Below are positions 1-58,589 of a stretch of DNA of 64,000 nt, one piece after another. The stretch's first letter is position 1. Each line of letters starts with the position of its first letter. This stretch comes from Lama guanicoe. Taxonomy: Eukaryota. The notes under the pieces are model-generated. The model searched no databases and was not told the origin of the DNA. It saw only the letters and a program-made list of their open reading frames with translations. The DNA lies in the NCBI GenBank assembly GCA_013239625.1, contig MU054187.1, positions 372,001-436,000 on the forward strand. The letters run 5' to 3'. The translations under genes were made by a program, and so were the position numbers.

Positions 1-37972
<37,972 letters not shown>

Positions 37973-38659
37973 GACGCCCGCCGCAGCCCGCGCCTGCGCA
38001 CACGCTGCCCAGGCCCGGAAGTACCCCGGGGGACGGGGGTCGGGGTTCCCGGCGCGTGCGCACAGCAGTCCGGGGCCCGGAAGTGCCGCGGACGCAGTCG
38101 CGGAGACTGGGCCCATGGCAGGTCTAGGGGCGGGGCTCCCGGCGCGTGCGCACACCGTGCCCGGGCGCATTGCCCAAGACCTTCGCGGAGGGTGTCCCTG
38201 TAAAATAGCGACGTAGAGGTGCGCTGAGATGTAGGCAGGCTTATGAATGTGTGGCCCACTGTACACTTAGCACAATTCGTCAAAACTTGGGGAGAGGCAG
38301 GAATCCAACGGCTCGACCCCAGAAGTAGATGCGGAGGGCAGGGGTGAATTGGGGTTGACCAAGCGCCCGGGGCAGAAAGAGACAGGCTTGGGTCAGGGGC
38401 CACCGCTGGCCCCTGGTCAGGAGGGCGGGGGTGGTGTTCGCATTCCCGCGGAACAAAGGAGCGGAGCCTCCTACTGACGCCCCTCGGAGGGCGGCGCCTG
38501 AACGCGAACCGCGGGCTCCCCAGATTCGCCGCGAAATCGCCCAGCGGTCGCGGGCGAGACCACCCGGACAGGGGAGCCCCGGCCGTCCCGCCACCCTCTG
38601 CGCTGCGCAGTGGTGCCTCCCGGAGGCGGGGCCGCGCGAGGCCGCCTCTGTGATTGGTG

Positions 38660-38739
38660 GGCCTTCGCGGGGGGCGGAGACGAAGGTGCCGCCGGCGGGA
38701 AACCCGGGCCCAGCTGGAGCCGAGCAGGAGCGCGATCAG
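38660..38739 (+). other. MCM4: MCM4 non-coding exon 1 (start approximate)
   Basis: Strong donor CAG|GTGAGG at 38739/38740 just downstream of the CCAAT and E2F motifs; matching acceptor 2 nt before the ATG. Confidence 0.65.
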
Positions 38740-38871
38740 GTGAGGTTGGGCCGGGCCAGCGGGGCGGCCGGAAAGGGACGGGGTGCGGAGGGGCAGAGAG
38801 GCAGGAGCGAGGGGAGAGGGCCGGGGGTCTGTCGGAGGGTCCGCGCGAGCCCGCGTTCCTGTCGCGCAGCC

Positions 38872-49628
<10,757 letters not shown>

Positions 49629-50058
49629 CGCCCAAGCGCAGCTGTGTCACTACCCTGCACCGTTGGATGGACGGCCTCAGGTCGTCACTTGGCCCCATGA
49701 ATGTCCTCTAACTGGGTTCCATTTTCCCGGGAAGCCTGCGTGTTCACCGTGTTGACATTTTAAGTAAAAGCTCTGTCAGTTTATAAGCCATATATTCAGG
49801 GTCATTCTCTTGAAGTGCCGTTTCTTTAGCTCTGTGGCTGAAAGGCACTTGTGTGCAGACAGCAGGATGACAGTCTTTGAAGACAGCCGTCTGGGTCGTG
49901 GTCTGTGCTGGACGTGGGGTCACTCGTGTGAGGTGATGAGGGACCGGTCCCTGCTGTAGTGCAGTCCCCGGGCTTGTCCTCTGCACTGCTGTGAGCCTGG
50001 AAGTGTTGGAATTCCTCATCAGCATCTGCTGCTTCACTCTGCTATGAAAACTTTCCTC

Positions 50059-50064
50059 AATAAA
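50059..50064 (+). terminator. Candidate MCM4 polyadenylation signal
   Basis: First AATAAA seen after the stop codon (about 430 nt downstream), followed by AT-rich sequence. Confidence 0.6.
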
Positions 50065-51864
50065 TGATAGAATAAGGAACACTTGATTACCTGGCATTAT
50101 TTTTCATTAAGAGAAAAGCTTATATCGCTTTCATGAAAATTCTTGATAGTAAGTCCTTTACATAAGTCACAAAAGAAACTCACTAAAATGTAATTAATTT
50201 CATTTTACTCAAAAATTATTTCAGTCCTAGCAGCCATTCTTGTAAAACCACCATTAAGTCCCATGTGGAAACACTGCTGTAGTAAGTAATCCCTGAGACG
50301 TGCAGGTCATTGTATGAGGTTGGCCTTTTTTTTGTAACTTAAGAGTCGACCTCTGCTGGTGAAGTGCCTGTGCAGTGACGGACTGAGTGCTTCAACAGCA
50401 GCGCAGTGTGAGGAGGTGGCCTTTAGAGGGCGTCCCAGCAGGCGTGCCCCTTCGCTGCGTGGTCCTCGCTGCCCTGTATCTGATGGAGGTGGCAGTTAGT
50501 CTGGGTTTCACCAAGGGCTGCAGAGGAGGCTGAACGAAAACCCCTGGGTCTTCTGACCTCGGGAATCGCTCGGGCTTTAACTCTGCAGGGTGTGGATGCT
50601 GCTCACACTTCCAGAAACAGCGGAGGGAGGGCGGCGCCCCAGCCTGCTCCCTGGAGCAGAGGAGTCTGGGGCGCTGTGCTCCCAGCTCTAGTGACTGGAA
50701 ATAACTGGTCCTCAGGCCCCAGCCGAGCTGTGGGCAGCACACAGCCCTGTGTGCCAGGAGTTGTGAGGCCAGTTCCCTGAGCCCAAGTGGAAGGCAGACG
50801 TCCCGGGGACAAGCAAGAGCTGGCCTTCCTTCCACTAAGAGCACTCTGAACAGGGTCCCAGCTAGACGAGTGCTGCTGCCAGCTCGGTAACGGCAGATGA
50901 CGCAGGAAACAGGTGCTGTCACCAGATCAAGCCCTCAGCCAGCGCCAACGTCTAAACCTGGTGCTTCAGCACCAGTGTAGGAATTACGCAGCTGTAGGTG
51001 AAGTCCAACCCCAAGGGAACCGGAGCTGAGTGAGTGAATCCGGGCTCCGTCCTGGTGGATCGCCTTTCCTGACACAGCTGTAACTGCCCAGTGGTCTGGG
51101 AGCCTCCGAACGCAAGAGGGCCTTGTCCCCCAGGGCAGGGCCCAGCGGCAGAGCTTGCTGGGGGTCTCCAGAGGGAAGAGTCCCAGGAAGGGGCAGTGAG
51201 CCTGTAAAAATTCAGGACCCCGAGAACCCCAGAAAGCGGGGAGGAGGGGAGGGTGTGTTCACGCGAGAGCTCTGCCCACCCGCCCACCTGCCCCTGAATT
51301 CCGAGAGCTGCTCCCTCAGAGGTGCAGGTGCAGGTGTGGAGGGTGCACCTCGTGACTCTGAGAGGCGCCTCTCCCATCCTTACAAGGCGGCCTGTGAGCA
51401 CAGGTGGGGCTGTGCAGGCTGGGATCCTGGCTCCGCCAACCTTCAGTGCTCAGGACACAGCAAGCGCTCAGTGCCCAATACCGCTCCCGTGAGCCAAGTA
51501 AGGACACCAGGGTTTTCTTACTAGGACAATTCAGCTCAATTGCTACAAACGTGTCTTATAAATGCTACAACACAATGCAATTGCATTTGAACTTTTCCTT
51601 CTAATTTTGACCCTGAAAGATACCCAGACTGGCTGGATCGACCTTACTTGATTTGCACACACACACAACACACTGTCCATCCAGCATCCCCCACAAATAC
51701 AACCAACTCCACCCAAGGGCTCAACAATCAGCAAGAAGAACGAGGAACCCAGACACAATGACCCACTCCCAGCACGAGGTTAGCAGAAATCTGCCTCAAG
51801 GAAGTACTGCTACATATCAAATCTGGGGTGATTCCTTAAAATACCTCTGCAATTTAATTTATTA

Positions 51865-52370
51865 AACTTTTTTGAAATAAGTTTCAGGCTTACCCAAAAG
51901 TTGTAAGGATAATACAATTCCCATTTACCTTGCACTCAAATTCCTTTAATGTTAACATTTTCTCAACTCAGCTTTTATCATTACCCATAAATGTGTTTTC
52001 AACTGAGCCTGCGTTCCAGTCAGGATTTCCCTTTGCCTCTAAGTACTTCCTAAAAACCACATGTGTCCTCAAACAGCCAGCTTGCCTTACGTAACCACCA
52101 CAGGACAATTTCATAACAATCAAAAAAATCAGTATTTGCCCCCTCTACAGACAATTAAAATCTCATCAGTTGTCTCAACAATGGTTTTCACAGCAAAAAT
52201 GAAAATAGCCTGTTTCTGCTTCAGGGTCACAAGCTGCGTTTAGTTTTCGGGCGTCTCCTCTTCAGCCTGGCACATGCCTCGGGATTTTATCTTTTCATGC
52301 CCTTGACATTTTTAAAGAATACAAACCAGTTTTTTTTTGTAAATGTCCTGAAGTTGGGTTTGTCTGAGGT
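51865..52370 (-). mobile_element. Old L1MC-type 3' UTR (left half; continues at about 53892-54120 after the PMS1-L1 insertion)
   Basis: tttttgaaataa...aaaagttgtaa...ccttgacatttttaaagaataca...gggtttgtctga; resumes with ttggcagg...ccttgtggggag. Confidence 0.65.
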
Positions 52371-52371
52371 C

Positions 52372-53040
52372 TTTTTTTTCCCCCACAGACCACATCTTTA
52401 TTCATTCACCAGTCGATGGGCACTTAAGCTGCTTCCAAGGGTTGGCTACTGCAAATAATGCTACTACGAACACTGGGGTGCATGTATCCCTTCAAACCAG
52501 TGTCTCCATTTTCCTCAGGAAAATACCTAGATGGGGAACTGCTGGCCTGAATGGTAGTTCTATTTTTAATTTTTTCTAGGAACCTCCATACTGCTCTCCA
52601 CAGTGGCTGCACCAATCCACACTGCCCCCAACAGTGCACGAGGGCTCCCTGTCCTCCACACCCTCTCCAACACTCATTGCTTGTCCCTTGGTAACAGCCA
52701 CTCGGACAGGTGGGAGGTGACAGCCCACTGTGGTCCTGAGCCGCACCCCCGCTGACGAGCAGTGCTGAGCATCCTTGTGTCCGCCTGTATCTGCACGGCC
52801 TCTTTGGAAAAACGTCTATTCAAGTCCTCTGCCCTCCTTTTAGTCAGGTGCTTTGTTTTTTGATGTTGAGTTGTTTGAGCTCTATTGTACATCTTGGATA
52901 TTAACTCCTTCTCAGATACACTGTTGATAAATAACTTCTTCCACTCAGTATGCAGTCTTTTTCTCTTGTCGATCCCCCTTCGCTGTGCAAAAGCTTTCTC
53001 GTTTGTAGTCCCATTTGTTGAGCTTTGCTTGTTTCCCTTG
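52372..53040 (-). mobile_element. L1 ORF2 3' fragment joined to the PMS1 retrocopy
   Basis: Reverse strand reads aacaaatgggac...aagcttttgcacagc...ggtgcagccactgtggag (GLVQPLW), typical of the L1 ORF2 end; A8 tail at 52372-52379. Confidence 0.85.
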
Positions 53041-53890
53041 CCTTGTTATATATTAAAAACAACCCTTACATCAGCTTTAAGTAGACCACAGCATAGGAGA
53101 TCTTGGACCTTTTTCATTTCATATTTACGCTTTTTAGCAGTTAGTAAAATTGCTCTCTTACAGCTTGACCCATGAACAGTTACAGTTGTGCCCATCCCCA
53201 TGGATAAGACGGTTTTCTGCTGGCGTCTTCAATCCAATGTGTGGATGTGATGGTGGTCCTTTTGGACTTAACACAGCTTTTTTCACTTGTGGCCGTTTTC
53301 CCTTTACAGGTCTCAGAAAGCACTTGTTGCTTTGGAAGAAAATATGAAATTGTTGTTTATTCCTTCACCAAGATGTGAAGGTTTTTGAGAAATTATGTGG
53401 CCACTGCCATCCGGAACATACTGAGTGCTAAAATTATCAGCAGCTGTCCTGGTTATAATTAAAACCTCAGCTACACAACAAAAGGACCCCCAGGCTTCTC
53501 CACACGAACCGTAAGTTGTCAGATTTTCAAGATTATCGTGGTGACTTACTTTTGAGGTGCAGCACTTCATGGCCATTACGGGTGCATCAGCACCACTGTC
53601 TCGCACCTCAGTTCTGTCAAATCCACAGTCCCCCAGCTTAACATCTGTGCTTGTAGCACTGGCATCCAGGGGGTTTTCAGTGAGTTCTTTTACAACACTG
53701 ACCACTGAGGTGATCATCTGAGAACCTGAAAGGAGGCAAACTGTTGTTGCAGGCAACTGTCTCATTCTAGCTGTCAGCAGAGTAGCTTCTTGCTTGCATG
53801 AGGTGGGCAATTACAATCCACTGGTGGGATGCTGCACTGGCCCGGGCTCGCCAATCCCCAACTCACCTCCAGCGTGCGCAGCGGGGCGGG
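53039..53890 (-). pseudogene. PMS1: PMS1 (MutL family) processed pseudogene: 5' UTR through exon 5, 3'-truncated and fused to L1
   Basis: ATG at 53765 gives [35 protein letters not shown]...QKPSHLGEG, matching the PMS1 N-terminus with no introns. GHKL ATPase motifs are damaged (DNGxGI deleted, GFRGEAL changed to GSCGEAW). Exon-5-like sequence resumes at 53191. Confidence 0.92.
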
Positions 53891-54164
53891 CCTGAGGTTG
53901 GTTTCTGGGCACCACTTGGCAGGAGCACCGCAGCGGTGAGGCTGTGTGCTCAGCGCGTCACGTCAGGGGGTCAGTGAACCTGACCATTACAGGTGAGGTT
54001 GACTCGATCACCTGAGTCTCTTCCTTGTAAATGACTATTTTTCTTCAAAATTATAAATACCTTGTGGGGAGAAAATCTGGGGCTGTGTAACTTATTTTTC
54101 GTCAGGCTTTGAGAGTAAGCTGCACATACGATCCCCTTTACCCTCGAACACTGGATCTGATCTT

Positions 54165-54745
54165 TTTAAAACAAATGAAATCACATTATTCCAATTTGGC
54201 AATGCCTACAATTTGACATTACATCTCTCATTTCTTAAAACCTTTAAAGGTTGCCTAATCTAATTAGAATAAAATAGAAATGCCTTGTCATTCATAACCA
54301 GAACACCATGGGATCTGACCCACCTGCTTCTGGGACCCCATGACTAATAAGAACCTTCCAGTCACCCTGGATTTCTTTCAGTGGCCAAACTGGCCCATCT
54401 TCAAGGCCCAGGACAGACACCACAACCTTCCCGCCCAGAGGCCCACTTCCGCCTGCCCCAGGCTCCTGCCCTTAGCTGCTGATGCTGTCCAGGCTCCCTC
54501 CAGGTTTCACACGTCTGCCCCATGATCTGAGCAGCAGTCCTCTCCCGAGATGGCCTGGTTCTAACTGCCAGCACTGAAGAACAGGGCGGCCAGACATCTC
54601 TGTCAGTCTTCACCTCGTTACACCATTTTCTTTTTATCACTTACCATGGTTGGAAATTATCTCGTATATCTATTTATTTAAGAGTTTACTGTTTGTCTGC
54701 TTCCATTAGCATGTAAGCTCCATGAAGGCAGAGACTTTTTCCAAG
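54165..54745 (+). mobile_element. L2 3' fragment
   Basis: tttactgtttgtctg...tgtaagctccatgaaggcagagac. Confidence 0.65.
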
Positions 54746-54794
54746 GCAGCTACAAATTGTCCAGATAAAAAGCAACTTACAAAGCCTTGTGGGC

Positions 54795-55040
54795 CCCATG
54801 TTCACTGCAGCACTGTTCACAACAGCCAAGACACGGGGACAGCCTGTACGCCCGTCGATGGGTGAGTGGACAAAGAAGCTGTGATGTATACACACAATGG
54901 AGTATTAGTCATCCGTGAAAAAGAAGAAAACCCTGCCATTTGTGACAACATGGAAGGACCTAGAGGGTTTTGTGCTCAGTGAAGTAAGTCAGAGAGAGAG
55001 ATACTGTTTGATCTCACTTGTATGTGGAATCTAAAAACAA
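54795..55040 (+). mobile_element. L1 ORF2-end fragment
   Basis: cccatgttcactgcagcactgttcacaacagccaagac...gtggaatctaaaaa. Confidence 0.85.
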
Positions 55041-55249
55041 TTTAAAACCTCACAGGTGTTTGTCCTTCAGACTCTTTCGTCTCACTACTCCCTATCACAG
55101 CAAACGGAAAGTTACAAACTTTAAAATCTGCTTCCATTTCTTTCCAGCTTCATCAGCCTCTGGCAGAGACTGGGTGAGGGATCCCTGTTTTATGTGACAC
55201 TTGCATCGCCCAGACCAGGCACCACGCTCTCCCCGCAGCAGTGCTGTTC

Positions 55250-55960
55250 CCTTGTCACAGATGAGTCCCCAGTCCCCACACTGCTCCAGCTACCTCCCCA
55301 CAAACACCCGTTGCAGGGGAGTCGCTGAGAACAGCCTCTTCTTTGCAGAGTCTCCTCGCACTGAGGACTGAAGTGAAGGGACGATTTCTAAAGAGGAGGT
55401 TGCCTGCAGGGAAGGCCCAGTCTTCCACAGGACCACCTGAGTGCAGTTACATAGGACGGGCCTGATTTGCCTCAAAAGAACAGCATCAGCCTTCCGACTC
55501 AAGGATCTGATTAAGTGAAACCTGCAGCTCATAAAATTCAAGTCTCCATTTCACCTTCTGCTGCTCAGATGCCCATAGCTTCTGGCACAGTCTCCCTGCT
55601 CTTCAATGGGATTCCAAAGGCAAAGTGTGTGATCCGATGGCTTTTAGGACTGTGAAACCTAAATGCACAATCTCACAACAATGCAAAGTCTTTCCTTAGC
55701 TGGAAAATTGTTAACAGTTGATAAAAAATGTTAGTCAATTTGAAAACTGCATGGAGCATCTGTAGTAGCAGTTTCTGTAAGCTATCTGCTGTGATTATTT
55801 CAAACAGGTCTGCAGTACAAGGTCCCTGAGCACTGGGTCTGTTTCTACATTATCAGACCCATTAACACTCGAGTAACCAGAGGGCCAAACTCAAGCTCAG
55901 TGAAGTGTATTTTAAGTGTATGAAACCTTTCCTCTGAGCCGTGGCGTTCTGGAGGAGGCT
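55250..55960 (+). pseudogene. Highly degenerate TICAM2/TRAM-like TIR adaptor pseudogene (tentative)
   Basis: Colinear short similarities to recalled TICAM2: VAENS (55321), AFRLK..DL (55489), AQMP (55563, BB-loop AEMP), NR..Y (55803), INT (55861); many stops and frameshifts. Confidence 0.45.
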
Positions 55961-56785
55961 AGAGCACTAGAGAATCAATAACTAATTGGCAAAATGCTCC
56001 TCCTCCTCTTCAGGCATTATTACAGCAAAACAACACTAGACTCAAGAATAAAGTTTAATGACTGCTTCTTTCAAGACTCTTGCAAATTAAGAAAGGATAC
56101 AGTAAATGCAGGCAAAGAAGTGAAATTACGGACAATCACAGAGGCTTCACAACCAGGTATAGCACATCCTTGGTCACGTACTCAGTAAATGTCTACAAAC
56201 ACAACAATGCACCTTGTGCCCCAGTTGCCTCTACCATCCTGGAACCTGAACTTGCCGAATCATCCCTGCCTGCAGTTTAATACTGAAGTGTGCTGCAAAA
56301 CGCACAATAGCTGGAAGGTCGTATACATCCAACCACTGTCACATGTGAAATTTTGCTCAGAATTAATATTTAAATGAGATGAGGCTTCAGAAGAAAAGAT
56401 GCCAGCTTGGCAAACTTCCAGGCATGTGAAACTTTGCTCACTTATCCCCAATATCAGATTGCCAGACTATAGGTAATCCTACATAAACTCTACTTCTCAT
56501 GAAGAACAACAGTTCCATGAAATAGGCTTTGAATGTGGAGTTCCAGGTGCTTTCCAAACTGTTGATTTTACATACTAATGATTCTAGAACAACGCTGATG
56601 TCATGTTAAGCTATTCTGTTACCTAACTAGCAGCTGTTATGAAAGAAAATTGAACTTTATCCACCGAGGAAAGACTGATTCATGTTGCTGATAAGTATGT
56701 TTCTTTAAAATAGTAATATTTTGTCTTCATCTTTTGTACCCTCTGCATGTTAATAATAGATACGAAGGTTGCTCCGACATACCAA

Positions 56786-57215
56786 CTTTTTTATTGAAGT
56801 AGTTGATTTACATTATATGTTACAGGTATGTAAGTCACAATTTTTAGAGGTTACACTCCATTTAGTTACTATAAAACATTGGCTGTATTCCCTGTGCTGC
56901 ACAGTACATCCTTGTAGTTTGTCTTCCACATAGCAGTTTCTCTCTCTTAGTCCCTTGCCCTGTATCGCCCCCTTTCCCTCTCCCCACAGGTACCAGTTGC
57001 GCTCTGCATCTGTGGGTCTGCTACTTTCTGTTTTATTCACTAGTTTGTTTTATTTCTTAGAGCGCCCATATAAGTGATATCATACAGTATTTGCCTTTGT
57101 CTGACTTATTTCACTGAGCATAATACCCTCCAAGTTCATCCATGCTGTTGCAAATGGCAAAATTTCATTCTTTTTTATGGCTGAGTAGTATTTCACTTAA
57201 TATATATACCACAAC
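56786..57215 (-). mobile_element. L1 3' UTR fragment
   Basis: ttttattgaagtagttgattta...ttccctgtgctg...ttttttatggctgagtagta. Confidence 0.87.
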
Positions 57216-57421
57216 TTCTTGTCAACTATACAGTGAAAAAAGAAACTCCCTGCTGTTACTGTACATTAGCTAATCTTACAAACATTGAGTAAACATTATC
57301 AAACATCAAAAACTCTTCAATGACTCTCAAGTGTAGACTGAACAACACACTTCTAAATAACACCCACGGCAAAGATGAAATCTCAAGAGAAATTTACAAA
57401 GCTTAAAAAAAAAAAACCAAA

Positions 57422-57906
57422 GGTATAGTTGATTTACATTATATTAGTTTCAGGTGTATTTGTAGTGATTTACAATCTGTAAAGGTTAAGCTCCATTTAA
57501 AGTTATTATAAAATATTGGCTATGTTCCCTGTGCTGTACAATATATCCTTGTAGTGTATCTATTTTATACATAGTATTTGTACCTCTTACTCCCCTACCC
57601 CTGTGCTGCCCTTCCCCCTTCCCTCTCCTGATTGGGAACCACTACTTTGTTCTCTGTATCTGTGAGTCTGCTTCTCTTCTGTTACATTCATTAGTTTCAT
57701 TTCTTAGATTCCACATAGAAGCGAAAATATAAGAGTATGTATTCTGTCTCACTTCACTGAGCATAATAGGTCCATCCATGTTGCTGCAAATGGCATTATT
57801 TCATTCTTGTTATGGCTGAGTAATATTCCATTGTGTATATACCACATTTTTATCTATTCATCTGTTGAAAGACACTTAGTTTGCTTCCATGTCTTGGGTA
57901 TTGTAA
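57422..57906 (-). mobile_element. Second L1 3' UTR fragment
   Basis: gtatagttgatttaca...ttccctgtgctgtaca...ttagattccacat...tgcttccatgtcttgg. Confidence 0.87.
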
Positions 57907-57908
57907 GA

Positions 57909-58470
57909 GTATTAGTTTCCTATTGCTGCATCCAAATTAGCCCCAAATGTAGTGGCTTAAAACAGCAAACACTTGTGATCTCATTTTCCGTGAGTCAGGA
58001 ATCTGGGTAAGCATTAGCTGGGTTCCTCCACCTCAAGGTCTCTAGCAGAGTTGCAATTACGGTGTTGGCCATGACTGCAGAGTCATAGGAAAGCTTGACT
58101 GGGGAGGAGCTGCTTTCACCCCCACGTTTGTTGACAGGATTCAGCTCTTCATGAAGCAGGGCCTCACCTTCTCAAGGTTAGTGGCCAGAGGATGACCTCA
58201 GCTCCTGCCACGTGGGTTTCTGTGTAAGGCAGTTGTCAGGATAGCAGCTGGCTTCCTCAGAGGGAGTAAGAACAATGTGGGTGGAATCTAATTTTTTAAA
58301 AACATAATCTCAGAAGCTCTATGCCTGCACTTCGGTCTTATTTCATTCATTTTATTCATTGGACGTTGGTCAGTAAGCCCAGCCCACACAAAAGGCAACA
58401 GGCTTTAATAAAAAAGGCATGAACGCCAGGAGGGGATCACTGGGAGCCACCTTCGAGGCTCCCTACCACG
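57909..58470 (-). mobile_element. MLT1 solo LTR
   Basis: gtattagtttcctattgctgc...gtggcttaaaaca...gtcaggaatctggg...ctaccac. Confidence 0.85.
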
Positions 58471-58589
58471 AAAAGGAAACGAAAGCCGTGTAGCAGTGTC
58501 ACTTCATATTAGGCGGCATGGCTGGGACCAACTGGGAGGACAAGGCAGCGGACCTCCAAGCTCAGAAATTAAGAAGGGCTCTTTTCCCA

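Noticed and set aside
56786..57906. Apparent ~450-bp direct duplication
   Set aside because: Two diverged copies of related L1 3' UTRs with different truncation points, best explained as independent insertions.
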